64,000 nt of DNA from Savitreella phatthalungensis (taxonomy: Eukaryota): positions 186,001 through 250,000 of the forward strand of contig AP039698.1 in NCBI GenBank assembly GCA_051599415.1. Reading direction: 5' to 3'. This document shows positions 35,601-46,910 of this stretch, in pieces. The notes under the pieces are model-generated. The model saw only the letters and a list, made by a program, of their open reading frames with translations. It did not search any database and was not told the DNA's origin. Position numbers and translations under genes: made by a program. The number at the start of each line of letters is the position of its first letter. Position 1 is the stretch's first letter.

Positions 35601-37391
35601 GCTTGCGTATGCAACTCACTGCTCGTGCTCCTGTGCACTGGTGGGCGCAACGGTTCAGGCTGTACGGGATGCTCGAGTGAGCTCTGTGAGCACACCAGGT
35701 TGTGAAATTGCAACTGACCGACGGGAGGCTTGATTCAGCGTACGAACGCTACCCGTTAGTCAGACTGGATAATCCAGATCAGGCCTGAGTGATTGACTTC
35801 ATCAGAGGTCTCAATCTGCGTACACCTGATATCTCTCAACTAGGAAATTGATATGATTAGAGCAATCAGATAGATTCACTTGAGTCGAATAGAGAATACC
35901 AGGTCGACCGTTCCAAAATTAAAAGCCATGAATGATTTATATTGAATATTCGTTGCATGGTATAACTGACACCGGGAGATTCTAGTGAGAGCTCTCTGTA
36001 GGAGCACACATGGTTGCTATTGACAGATGGTCAGCAATTCGGTTTGCGAAATCGGCTCGAACTCAACCAGGCTGAATCACACGGCTTGAAGCCAAGCCAT
36101 CATAAGTCACTTGCTTTGACCAGCGACCGAGCCAATTCGAGAGAAGACTCTTTGAGCATCTGACCTGAACGGGTAGATTGAGGTCTGATTTTAAGCTGGA
36201 TTTCCTACTGAGACAGGCTAACGAATTCAGGCCAATCTGAGATGGCTCAAGAATGACTGATCAATTGACCTTAGACTACGTCATCTCAATTTAGTGGCAG
36301 GAGACAGTGTGAGGTGACTAATTCATGGTATCGCTGAGTAGTCGACAGCATGCATCCCCAGCAAACATGTATGATGGGAGATGCAACGTTCGATCCTGTT
36401 GCTCGCTTCGTTCGAACGAATGCACGTCGACTACTCATTCGGCAGAGTCCGCCGCTTCTCCCCTGGAATGCTTCATCCACCTCTGTACCTTACAGGATTC
36501 ATGTTCGACCACGATTCCACGGTCAGTTCTACCATCGTACCGATGCATCCTTACGACGTACAAAAACGCGATCTCTTTGATGGTGCCCTTCTCCTACCTC
36601 CGTCAGCGTGTCATGAATCTTGCTATCCAGGTGTACACCGGCTTATCAGCCTTGCTCGATCTAACTCCGATTGTCTTGCGCGCGGTCAAGGGAGCCTATC
36701 TATGTGCATCCGGCGATTGCCGCTCAAGGGCCGGCTTTCAACAGCACCGTTTAAACTGTAATTGAGAATTTGTGCACCAGGGTGCTCCTGTAAATATTGT
36801 GACAAGTACGACGGTCGTAACAATACAGAAGAGCTGTAGAAAATGATGAAGCGTTGAAGTCGCCTCCCAAAGTCCGGTGATAAGGATGTAGCGTTAATCG
36901 TGGCCATTGCAGCAGTGATCGTAACCATTGGAACGTCGATCATGACCAACGTCTCGACTCTCGAAGGGCTTGTCTCTGAAGCAGTACTGGCAGCAGAATT
37001 CAGACTAAAGAGGACCTGGGCATCGAAGGCAAGGCAAGGAAGCGCTTTCATGCTTTTCATTCAATCGTCTATAATGCCGTTGGAGGGAACGCCTTATGCA
37101 ACGCAATGCTGCGTTGAATGCAGGACGGTGCGAGTAATTAAGCTAAGAAATGTGATGCAAGCCAATGACGCCGATCTATCCAAAATTTTCTTATGCACAA
37201 CAATTTCCAGCTTTTGTATATTGTCAATGATACGTTACGTTTCATGCAGATCGTCATAGGTGAATGGCGACACTTGTCCTGGACACATCCACCTCCAACA
37301 AGCTCATCCCGCCTTCCAGTCAGTCACACTCACACATTTTTATTTAAAAGACATCGATTAGGGTCTGAAGGATCATAGCGTGTGCTCTAGT

Positions 37392-40193
37392 ATGACCGAC
37401 TCGATTCTCAGCACAGACTTGCCCTATGCTGCAGACCCGATCGCGCCGGTTCAGGACCGGTTCTCAGCGTGGCAAGGCGTCATTGACCAGCTCATTACAT
37501 ATTTTGACAGCCTAAGTAAGGCAGAAGCACAGCACAACAAGGAACTTGTCAAAGTCTCCGAGGCAATCCCGGAACCTTTCTCTACACATCCGCACTTCGA
37601 TAGACGTAATTCCGGTGGAAGCTCGGTCGATGGTGTCGGACAGCTTTTGAAGCAGGAAATGCGTGGCAGACTGATCCACAGTGACCAGATCCTTCGTACT
37701 CTCAATGAGCAAATCATTCCACATCTGACAGAGTCACGAAAGTCTCTCAACTCTCGCATCAAGGACATTTCGGGTATGTCTGGCGACTTTCAAAACTCTC
37801 TCTCAGACGATCTCCCAAGATCAAAGGCAGCAATCATCAACCTTCAGTCAGCAATTGCTGATTGGGAGTCTAATTCGGGCAAGGTGGACGTAGCAAAGGA
37901 CCCGTTCCTTGTGGATCTTGACACACGCAAGATCTTGAGAAAACAGCTTGCAGAAGAACAGTACTTGCGTGGATCTCTCACAAACCTCCAACGTTCAGCA
38001 CAGTTCCTCGAACAAGAGGTCGTGACGGTCGTTCGGCGCGCTCTGCAGCAATACAATGAGCTCGTCTCACGTGAGGCAGCAGAGCTTGCGGGGATGTCGC
38101 ACACCATCGACCAGGGCATTGAGCACGGCCAGCTAAATTCAGAGTGGCAGCTGTTCGCACAACAACAAACCCGTGACGGGCTCTTCCTCGCGCCGACATC
38201 CCAAGCTCGCGCCCTGGAATCGCAGACCTACGCGGGCAAGAATCACCCATCCACAACGCCTGTCTTCGATGCATGGCTCGAACGTAAATCTGGACGTCTA
38301 TCAGGATACAGCACAGCCTTTTACATTGTCACACCCTCGCGGTTTCTGCACGAATTCAAGAGCAATGACCTCAGAACAGATTCTGAGCCGACATTCTCGC
38401 TCTACCTACCAGATTGTTCCATCGTTTCTGTCAGCAAGGACTCTGACAAATCGCACAAGCTCATCCTTCGGGGTAAGCAGACTGGTGGAATTCATCAGTC
38501 ACACGACTGGACTTTCCGAGCGAAGAATCGTGCAGACGTCGTATCGTTCTACACTATGATTGGTCGCGCCGCTGATCTCACATTCACCATGTCTCGCGCA
38601 TCAGTCGGTGCAGCAGCAGTCGGTGTACCCGCGTCCACCCATGAGGCGTCCTTCGTGGAAGATGCCGACGACAACGTCCCATTCCGCGGACCGGAAACCT
38701 TGCCGAGTAATCAGACGGCCGTTGCTCGCGAGCCTGCAGGACAAGTGCCTGCACTCGCTTATGCATCCCCGTTGGCCGCTGCGCGGGTGGTTCTCGATGA
38801 GAGCGCACCGAGTGGCGATGTCTCCAACCGTGACGGTGTGCCTCGCAAGGCTACATCGACCTACGGTGACACCAACGTCGCACTGGCGCACGCGGGTATC
38901 GTCAACGCGCCGGCAACCGATGCTGCCGCACCAGCAGGACGTCAGTCTTCAGGAAGTGGTTTTATTTCGGAGCGTATCCTTGACGACAATTCCGATCTGC
39001 CATACGATCGTGAACACGGCACAGCATCAACCCTGCCGAAAGACAAGGGCTTCATCCCAGTTCACTATGACGCTGGCCGTCGCTCTTCGCTCGCAGATAT
39101 CAAGGTAGCACCGAAGCGTCAATCGTCTCTGGCCTTCCGCCCGATTGAGGCAATGAGTCCAACCGGCACAGACAACGCAGCTGCAGTCTCGAATCAGGGA
39201 TCCAAACCTCCGAGTCGGAAAGCCACTGTGTCATACGGTGAGCCGATTCACTCGGTACCAGCAGCCGTCACGAGCACTGCCGAGGAGACTTCAGAGCAGG
39301 CCGTCGACAACCGTGATGTCTCGCCTTGGTTTCCTCGTCCCGGAGAAGGCACCAGTGGCAGAATCAGCGGTTCGACCGCGACACCTGTGACCGCAGTTGC
39401 ACAGACAGGCCCGCAGGTTGCAACAATCCGTAAGCCTTCCTTGGCTTCGGAGCAGGCCCTTCATCAGTATCACAAGGAGTCTCTAGCACGGGGACCGACG
39501 CGCAAAATGTCCTTGTCAGAGCAAATCCTCGCTGGACCGGGTTTGGCTGCTCAGGATTCACGACACCAGGAGTTCGAGCCACTAGGCGACGCCTCTCCGC
39601 AAGATGGACACGCTGCAGCTGCCCGCTATCGCGTTTCGCAGCCACCAAGCAGACAAGCCAGTATTGACGTCATTGCAGACCAATCTCTCGCAGCACATGA
39701 CGCCGCACCGCACATGCGCATCGGCACACAGACCAAGGAAGACCGATACAAGGTTGGCTCTCGCCGTGGCAGCAGGAGCAACAGCGGCGTTGCCACTCCG
39801 CTCGAAGGTGCGCTTGGCGGGTCATCACTCGAGACCACGAGTACAGAAGCAATCGCGGCGCGCCTTGCACAGAGTTCAGGCAAGCCTCGACGCACGCCGT
39901 CTAGGAGCGGCTCACTCGATCTCGGAGATGGCAGCGCTGCGACCGGCACTGCAGGAGCATCATCTGGCAATGCCTCACCAGGCTTCAAGATCAACGAGGC
40001 TAGAACGTTCCGGAAGCCGCCCTCTCGCGGCTCATCCCTCTCGATGGGCGGCCCAACCGGTCAGACTGCCGACGGCAACGTCTTGACCTCCATCAGCGAG
40101 GCCTTCGAGCGCGACCTAGCCGCAGCCAAAGGCAACCAGGCCGGTGATACGCATATCCCGGGTGAGTTTCCACGCACAAACTCGAGCGTTTAG
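37392..40193 (+). CDS. BAR-PH domain protein (Slm1-like) with a long disordered C-terminus
   Basis: Helical N-terminal region (DRFSAWQGVIDQLITYF, KDPFLVD); PH domain WLERKS..FYIVTPSRFLHEFKS..FSLYLPDC..WTFRA. Confidence 0.75.
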   Translation: MTDSILSTDLPYAADPIAPVQDRFSAWQGVIDQLITYFDSLSKAEAQHNKELVKVSEAIPEPFSTHPHFDRRNSGGSSVDGVGQLLKQEMRGRLIHSDQILRTLNEQIIPHLTESRKSLNSRIKDISGMSGDFQNSLSDDLPRSKAAIINLQSAIADWESNSGKVDVAKDPFLVDLDTRKILRKQLAEEQYLRGSLTNLQRSAQFLEQEVVTVVRRALQQYNELVSREAAELAGMSHTIDQGIEHGQLNSEWQLFAQQQTRDGLFLAPTSQARALESQTYAGKNHPSTTPVFDAWLERKSGRLSGYSTAFYIVTPSRFLHEFKSNDLRTDSEPTFSLYLPDCSIVSVSKDSDKSHKLILRGKQTGGIHQSHDWTFRAKNRADVVSFYTMIGRAADLTFTMSRASVGAAAVGVPASTHEASFVEDADDNVPFRGPETLPSNQTAVAREPAGQVPALAYASPLAAARVVLDESAPSGDVSNRDGVPRKATSTYGDTNVALAHAGIVNAPATDAAAPAGRQSSGSGFISERILDDNSDLPYDREHGTASTLPKDKGFIPVHYDAGRRSSLADIKVAPKRQSSLAFRPIEAMSPTGTDNAAAVSNQGSKPPSRKATVSYGEPIHSVPAAVTSTAEETSEQAVDNRDVSPWFPRPGEGTSGRISGSTATPVTAVAQTGPQVATIRKPSLASEQALHQYHKESLARGPTRKMSLSEQILAGPGLAAQDSRHQEFEPLGDASPQDGHAAAARYRVSQPPSRQASIDVIADQSLAAHDAAPHMRIGTQTKEDRYKVGSRRGSRSNSGVATPLEGALGGSSLETTSTEAIAARLAQSSGKPRRTPSRSGSLDLGDGSAATGTAGASSGNASPGFKINEARTFRKPPSRGSSLSMGGPTGQTADGNVLTSISEAFERDLAAAKGNQAGDTHIPGEFPRTNSSV

Positions 40194-40262
40194 TCAGAAG
40201 CATAGGGTGTACCAGGTCAAGTACGCATTACATGACACCTTCATATATCTGATATTTCGTAT

Positions 40263-42758
40263 CTAAAGGGTCGTAGCTAACGTCGCATTCGTCGATTTCT
40301 TGTCTGTGGCAGTGGTGGGCTCGGCCTTGGGGGACTTCACGGTCGGATGGTCCTTGACCAGTTCCTTGTGGCCGCTGACAAAGTGCTGAGCGACGAGATG
40401 ATCGAGTACAGGCCAGCCTGGGGAGTTGGCGAACCTGCGCCTGACGACGATATTGTTGTGCGCGTCCGGCGGTAGCTGAACCAACACTTTCCGCCAACTC
40501 ATCTCGGCGTGCCAATTCCGAGCAATCTTCTCCTCCAGCTTCACCCGCTCCTGCCGCCACCCAGCCACAGTCTCTCCCCCGCCACCCATCACAGGCTTCT
40601 GCTTCAGCGGTGGGATGTCACTCGGATGATACATCCTGTCATGTAGAATGCAGTGAGCATCGCGCTTGCTCGGGTCTGCAAGTGTATCGAGCTCCGGCAT
40701 CGGTGGATTGACCACTGATTCGAGCGCTTTGAAGAACGATGTCCGCGGCGGCGCTTGCAAGCGTGCTTGCCCGTCAGCTTCCTGATCATCGTCACCCGAG
40801 CGTACCGTCTGCGAGCGCTGCAGCGCCCGCGGCGTCTTGGGTTTTGCGTGTGTCCCGGCAGGACGCAAGAGGCCTAAGAAGCCGGGAATAATGCTAGAAG
40901 TCGAGGCGGGCGCCTTGTCTGTGGACTTCTTGTCAGTCTTATCCTGGGTCACACGATCTCCTTCTACCGCCCTCGGTGAGAGGTCGCTAGGTGGCTTTTC
41001 GCAGTCGGAATTGATACTGACAGCGGACGAGGCTGCGGAAGCAGCATCACCCCGATCGGGATCATGGCTTTCGGTGTTTGTACCCTGCGCAAACGTGATA
41101 TGATGTCCTTGGCCCGCTTCGCTCTCGACCGCCAATGTATTGGGGACCTGTGAGCCGGAGTCTGTCTCGTCTTCGGTCTTCGTCGGCGAATCTTCCTCCT
41201 CGTCATCGTTAAAAAGAGCTGCCAAGTCTGCGGGCGCATCTGCTTTCCCGGCAGACACTTGACCAGGCGCGGCCCCCCGTCGAATATCGTCAGATTGATC
41301 CTGGATCAGATTCTCGTTCTGGCCATTCGATCCGTCCATACGCTCCCTGTAGGCCTGGTTGATGCTCTGCCAGTCAAGAAAGTAGAGCGCGGAGGTCCGG
41401 AGCGGGACGATCCCATCATGGACGATGTTGGCGTAGATAGTGCGAGCTTTAAACTGACGCAGAGCGTCCCGACATGCCGACCCAGGCTCAGACATGAGCT
41501 GCAGCAAGGGCATAGTGGACCTCACTACCTTGTCTTGCGCTCCACCAGCAGGATCGCGAATGTTGTACCTCCCAAGAGGTTTTGGACTCAACGCCAGATC
41601 CAATCCGGTCTTTCCAATGATTCCGAGCTCAAGGGCGAACTTGACATACGCCGGATTTTCGGCTGAGATGCCGAGCAGTGGGGACGCAAGTGTGACAAAA
41701 TTGACCGGCTTCAAGCCTCCGCGAGTCGGGTCAAAAAAGGCGCCAGCAGTCCGGTTGTTCACGTAGCCGATCGCATACAGCTGCACGAGACCTCCAAGGC
41801 TGTGGGCGATCAGGCTGATTTCTCGGTACGGATTGCTTTCTTGTCTGTGCATCCGTCCGCCTTGCTGCATACGCCATCCGGTCAAGTAGAGAAGCCAGAT
41901 AGCGAGGCGCTTTCCGAGCCATTTGACGCCGCGTTCTGTGCAGCAAACGTTGCCAGCCCAGGCTTTGCAGACAATATCATCGTGCCGGTCGCGATTCCGT
42001 GCCTCCAGTAGTTCCTTCAGATACAGCATGTCCGAAGTCGCATTTGAATGGATGCCATGTGTCAGGATGACAAGATGGCTCGCTTTGCTGCGAGGTGGGC
42101 TCATTTCCCGATCATTGTCGAGCATCGCAGCATGCATGAGTCGTGTATCACCACTGACTTTGCGCAAGTTGAAGGGAGTCAGTGGATGCATGTGCCAAAG
42201 GTCCATCGTATCCTGCCGCGTGACCGAGACAGCAGCCGCCTGACTCACGATCGACTGCACCTTCCCGGAGAGTTTCCGCAACTCTCTCCGGGACGGGCCA
42301 ATCGACACCTCGAAGGCAACCTCTGACGACGATTGGAAGATGATCTGGCTCGAGACATCGATCTGGTAGACACGCTCATCTTCAATTTCTTCTGGTGCAG
42401 GGATCTGTTGCCATCTCGAGCTACCAGCCTTGAGATCGGCGTCGAAGTGAGGGGGTAAGTGGGATGCTTCGACCGCCATTGTATGATCATAAGTCTGTTC
42501 GCAAATTGAAGTGTACAAGATATATGGTCCATTCAGATAGGCTGTGCGCATCAGGGTGGACGAGCTGTTCCGCACGCGAACCCATAGTCTGTGTTTGTCA
42601 TGTTCCTCGCGACGCCCCTCTGCCTTCAGCGGATCACTCTGAGAAGTCCTCAGACCTTTGACTCGAACAGTGAATCTCGCAGTCTCGCCAATCTTGAGCT
42701 TGCCAGCATGGAAGAAAATGGCATGACCGCCCTCGTCTTCTTCCTGACGTCCAGCCAT
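40263..42758 (-). CDS. DUF676 putative serine lipase (Rog1/YDL109C-like)
   Basis: HLVILTHGIHSN, TERGVKWLGKRLA, ISLIAHSLGGL, NFVTLASPLLG, YANIVHDGIVPLRTS, DAHNNIVVRRRFAN. Confidence 0.85.
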   Translation of the reverse strand: MAGRQEEDEGGHAIFFHAGKLKIGETARFTVRVKGLRTSQSDPLKAEGRREEHDKHRLWVRVRNSSSTLMRTAYLNGPYILYTSICEQTYDHTMAVEASHLPPHFDADLKAGSSRWQQIPAPEEIEDERVYQIDVSSQIIFQSSSEVAFEVSIGPSRRELRKLSGKVQSIVSQAAAVSVTRQDTMDLWHMHPLTPFNLRKVSGDTRLMHAAMLDNDREMSPPRSKASHLVILTHGIHSNATSDMLYLKELLEARNRDRHDDIVCKAWAGNVCCTERGVKWLGKRLAIWLLYLTGWRMQQGGRMHRQESNPYREISLIAHSLGGLVQLYAIGYVNNRTAGAFFDPTRGGLKPVNFVTLASPLLGISAENPAYVKFALELGIIGKTGLDLALSPKPLGRYNIRDPAGGAQDKVVRSTMPLLQLMSEPGSACRDALRQFKARTIYANIVHDGIVPLRTSALYFLDWQSINQAYRERMDGSNGQNENLIQDQSDDIRRGAAPGQVSAGKADAPADLAALFNDDEEEDSPTKTEDETDSGSQVPNTLAVESEAGQGHHITFAQGTNTESHDPDRGDAASAASSAVSINSDCEKPPSDLSPRAVEGDRVTQDKTDKKSTDKAPASTSSIIPGFLGLLRPAGTHAKPKTPRALQRSQTVRSGDDDQEADGQARLQAPPRTSFFKALESVVNPPMPELDTLADPSKRDAHCILHDRMYHPSDIPPLKQKPVMGGGGETVAGWRQERVKLEEKIARNWHAEMSWRKVLVQLPPDAHNNIVVRRRFANSPGWPVLDHLVAQHFVSGHKELVKDHPTVKSPKAEPTTATDKKSTNATLATTL

Positions 42759-43828
42759 ATAGGCGCGGTCAGTGTATTGTAGCAGCCCACTCTATTGTCG
42801 GTGTCACTGTCGCTGTGAAATAAGAAAAGCGATACACGAATACGTGTAGCTCCATGAGACCGTCCGGAATGATGAATGGTGTGTGTGTGTATGTGTGTGT
42901 GTGAGGTGCTGCATTCGGATGACATCGTTGCGGACCACATTGAGCCGTTCACACCGATTGGGTCACCATGCGTCACACTGTGGTTGATTTGAGCGTCAAT
43001 GTCCATCCATGCACTTAAAAGTGGGAAAAGCAGGAAGCCGTAAAATAGCGATACTGAAATAGTGGAGTTTGTTGTTGAGAGCTAGGTGAGCTCGGCTGGG
43101 CCAGAAATCCCAGCACTCTGTGCAAGCAGATCTGCATCCAAAGCAGTGCATATTCTGTGTGAAGACCATGGTGCCAAATCACACGTGCAGCTTCAGGTGC
43201 GAATGTAGACAGTGCAGATTCCAGAAGAAGTAGAAATTATCGGATTCCAAGCCAGGGTCAGATTCATTCCAGTCGGCTATACAGTTTATAGATTTGACTT
43301 CTCATGCAGTCAGAACAAATCTGAATTCACTTAATTACGATTGACCAGGTTAATGCACATATATAGATAAAATATATAAATTATATGCATATTGGCATCA
43401 TGTGTAAACGTGCGTAGGCGTCTTCGACGTATACTGGGGGCTCTTCGAGATCTCCCGCTGAATGCCTGTCAGATAAAGGATGCATGTACCATTCATTACG
43501 AGGGAATCTAAGACCGGCAGGCAGATCGAGTCTGCCGGAAATATCGCTTCCACTTGCACATGGCATCCCTAATATAGTGTAGCCAGTTGTTCCAGAATTG
43601 GCGGTACAACGATTGAGTCTGGAAAAAGCAGATTTGCCAGAGAAGACTAAATCAATCGATCGGGACAGTGTCCACTTAGGTCAGTTACTGCCAATCACCG
43701 GATATGCAGTCAGTACATATTGTTTAATCACTTTCTGTCAGACGACCGACGCGTAAAGAGCAAAACAGCCGACACACTGCCATAGTCCCTTCTCTGGTAC
43801 TCTATTTCAGCTTCGGAGACTCCGAGGC

Positions 43829-45031
43829 ATGGCGGTGGCGGCAGTTGTGAGGCCAACAGCCTCGACGTCCCAGCCAAAGATAGCTGCGAAAGAGCTCGCT
43901 CCACCAATATGGTGGTCTAACGCCATTATGTTCTTGGGAATCCATGCGGTCGCCATGATAGCTCTAGCCAGGCCTCCTGCGGATTGGCGGCCTTATGTAC
44001 TCGCCTATCTGAATTGGCAAATCGCTACCCTGGGCATCACACTCGGTTACCATCGGCTGTGGTCGCATCGATCATATACAGCAACCTTCCCATTGAGAGT
44101 TGTCCTCGCAGTGAGCGGCACGCTCGGATTCCAGGGGTCGATCAAGTGGTGGGTTGTCAGACACCGTCTACATCACCGTTTCACCGACACCGATTCCGAT
44201 CCATATAGCGCAGAACGTGGCCTAATCTTCTCACACGTTGGCTGGATCTTTCGGAAACCGCGATACGCCAAATTGAGGTATGTCGATCAGTCTGATCTTT
44301 CCGCTGACCCGGTCGTCCGCTTCCAGCATCGTTTCTTCGTGCCACTCGCTCTCGTGCTCGGTTTTGTGCTCCCTGCGGTCGTTGGGCATTTCTGGTTCGG
44401 CAGTGGATGGCAAGGACTTCTGTGGGGAGGATTTGTCGCTCGTATCGCCGTGTGGCACTGCACGTTCTTAATCAATTCGCTCGCACATTATATCGGTGAC
44501 CGCTTCTACACGACGGACGTCTCTGCACGCGGTAACCTCATTCTAGCGATTCTGACAAACGGCGAGGGATTTCACAACTACCACCATGCCTTCCCATGCG
44601 ATTACCGGAACGGCATCAAGAAGTATGACTGGGATCCCACGAAATGGATCATATCTCTCCTCCACCATCACACTGGCCTAGTGCCGAAAGTTCGGTGTAT
44701 ACGCGACAGCGATATTGAGCGAGCACGGAAGCGGGTCGTGAAGCTACATAGTGGCAGCCCTCGGACGGACGAGCCAGACACGAAGCGCCCGTTGCCCTCA
44801 CTCAACCGCGCGACAGCTCGTGAGGCCTACAAGGATCGACAAGTCATCATTCTCGACGGCTATGCAGTCGATGTCGAGGCATATGCTCACGAACACCCTG
44901 GCGGCGAAGGTATCTTCCGCGCTTACTTTGGCGCACGGGACGCATCGGTGCCTTTTAGAACGCTCAATCATCACACGACTCATGCACGCGCGCTGATGCA
45001 AGACATGCGCATCGCCGTTGTTACAGATTAG
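43829..45031 (+). CDS. Delta-9-type acyl-CoA desaturase with fused C-terminal cytochrome b5 (OLE1-like)
   Basis: His boxes HRLWSH, HRLHH and HNYHH; WDPTKW; b5 motif HPGG. Confidence 0.9.
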   Translation: MAVAAVVRPTASTSQPKIAAKELAPPIWWSNAIMFLGIHAVAMIALARPPADWRPYVLAYLNWQIATLGITLGYHRLWSHRSYTATFPLRVVLAVSGTLGFQGSIKWWVVRHRLHHRFTDTDSDPYSAERGLIFSHVGWIFRKPRYAKLRYVDQSDLSADPVVRFQHRFFVPLALVLGFVLPAVVGHFWFGSGWQGLLWGGFVARIAVWHCTFLINSLAHYIGDRFYTTDVSARGNLILAILTNGEGFHNYHHAFPCDYRNGIKKYDWDPTKWIISLLHHHTGLVPKVRCIRDSDIERARKRVVKLHSGSPRTDEPDTKRPLPSLNRATAREAYKDRQVIILDGYAVDVEAYAHEHPGGEGIFRAYFGARDASVPFRTLNHHTTHARALMQDMRIAVVTD

Positions 45032-45068
45032 CTAGAAAATACAGAACAATACATAGAAGTCATCTCGT

Positions 45069-46910
45069 TCAAGCTGTATCGAGCGTCGACTCCAGCTGAT
45101 CTGCAAACTCATCCAGCAGGGAGTCGTCGTCGTCTTCACTTTGATTTCCGGCAACTTCTCCCGTCGTTGGATATATCTCTCCCTTCGTTCCCGAACCTTG
45201 ATGAACTGGAGTGTGGCCATTTCTAATCTGGCCTAAGTCCTCAGCAGAGTCGAGCTCAGCCAATTTACGCTTGCTAGCATTCGGAGAGTCTACATCAGGC
45301 AGACTAGGATCGACTTTGTAGGGAAAGATGTCCGCGCGAGAGAAACACGCAGCGCAGCGAAGTAGCCAGTCGACGTACACAAGCTTGACCCAAGGTTTCC
45401 GAAAAACTATCCGCGATTTTTCAGTCAGATTAGAGCGCGTAATCGACACACCAACGATTACGTGCGTTGGCTCAGTCGTTGTGTCTTGTGAGCTAAGAAC
45501 TCTCGCACCAAATTGCTCCGCCAACTGGCCTTGCCATTCGTGCCGCGGATCCTTGTCGCTTCGGAAAATGCCAGTGAAAAGAATGATTACGCCCGTCAGT
45601 ACTTGCCGCTTCATAGAGGTGATGATTTGTTTGACGTCGGCTTGTACATTAGTCGAACGCCGAGAAGATGCGTGCAGCTCGTAAAATCGTGAATGTACAC
45701 GAGTCAGCAAGGGTCGAAGATGCTGGAGCTGATCGTCATCTTCACTTAGTAGCTTTGATGAGCCAGCAGACTGATTCGTGTGCTCAAGGGCTTTTTGCTG
45801 TGCAGCGAGTGGGCGCACAGATATCTGCTGCTCCAGGACCGCAACTTGTCGTTCCATCGGACTGCCTTCAGTGCCTTGCTCAGGCGTGGACAACGCGGCA
45901 ATGCCGCTGGAGGCCTGATCAAGAACAGGCAGAAGAGCTCCGTTGATATCTCCGATGCCGATGAAGAAGTCAAAAGGATGAACTTTGATGAGATTCGCGC
46001 ACCACTGCCATACGTCAGCACGGTCATCAATGATGACTACCATCGTATCATCCGTTGGGAAAAGTCTTGTTAGCGACTTGTGCGTAGAGTTGCCACTCTC
46101 ATCCCGGCTCAAGATCCTGTTCGCGAAGAATTGTCCGCTAGGGTCGATGATCTTGGCGATCTGACGTGCATAAGGTCGTGTGCCCATCGTGTAGATATGC
46201 ATCTCGTACATCTTTGAAATTTCCGATAGAAACTCTTGCAAGCCGGGCCTTGGCTTCACGAAGTACGTTGGCGCTCCGGGACCTTCCTCAACAATCTTGA
46301 AGAAGGCCACGTCTCTGAGCACATCGTGATTTGGATTGCTTTCATCCGTCAGCCACTCACCCACAGTTGGATCAACCGTGGTCTGTATAACACACTGGTC
46401 CAGGTCGACCACAAGGGAAAGGCGCGAGCTCCTCAGCAGCCTCTTCGCTGATTCGCTTTCGAGCCGATGAGCCTCAGAGTCCGAGACTTTCAGACCTAAA
46501 GCATCGTGAGCCATAGCTACAGTTGCTCTCGAGGTATCCTTGGTACCGAGGTAATCGCTGCTCGTTAGATCCTTGCCGCAAGCTGCGCAAAGTCCACCCC
46601 ATTGTACCTCGTGGGAGCACGCCTCATGAATGTACAATAGTGGAGACCGCGCGTCGTTGATCGTGTCGCCCGCTCCGACCATCCACTCGACTTTTTCTCC
46701 AGATACAGGGCTCTGGAAGACCTCGACAAACTCACGCGGCACGGACTTATCAATCCCATCTTCGTCGGTCTCGATCGCCGTGCCGGTGAATTTGAACGTG
46801 AAAAGCGGTTGGAACTTATCAACACTTGCGCCGGCGTTGACATGTTGTGTTGAGATTACCAGAGGATACTTATAATCTTCGCGTCCATAAATCACCTGCC
46901 TCGCGGTCAT
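45069..46910 (-). CDS. FCP1: RNA polymerase II CTD phosphatase Fcp1
   Basis: CSHEVQWGGLCAACG, LVVDLDQ, VKPRPGLQEFL, YEMHIYTMGTRPYA, MVVIIDDRADVW, C-terminal BRCT (VYVDWL). Confidence 0.93.
   Translation of the reverse strand: MTARQVIYGREDYKYPLVISTQHVNAGASVDKFQPLFTFKFTGTAIETDEDGIDKSVPREFVEVFQSPVSGEKVEWMVGAGDTINDARSPLLYIHEACSHEVQWGGLCAACGKDLTSSDYLGTKDTSRATVAMAHDALGLKVSDSEAHRLESESAKRLLRSSRLSLVVDLDQCVIQTTVDPTVGEWLTDESNPNHDVLRDVAFFKIVEEGPGAPTYFVKPRPGLQEFLSEISKMYEMHIYTMGTRPYARQIAKIIDPSGQFFANRILSRDESGNSTHKSLTRLFPTDDTMVVIIDDRADVWQWCANLIKVHPFDFFIGIGDINGALLPVLDQASSGIAALSTPEQGTEGSPMERQVAVLEQQISVRPLAAQQKALEHTNQSAGSSKLLSEDDDQLQHLRPLLTRVHSRFYELHASSRRSTNVQADVKQIITSMKRQVLTGVIILFTGIFRSDKDPRHEWQGQLAEQFGARVLSSQDTTTEPTHVIVGVSITRSNLTEKSRIVFRKPWVKLVYVDWLLRCAACFSRADIFPYKVDPSLPDVDSPNASKRKLAELDSAEDLGQIRNGHTPVHQGSGTKGEIYPTTGEVAGNQSEDDDDSLLDEFADQLESTLDTA

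Noticed and set aside
36325..37259. Cluster of 120-146-aa ORFs on both strands between PEP4 and the PH-domain gene
   Set aside because: No recognisable family or consistent frame; cannot be supported as a gene or pseudogene.
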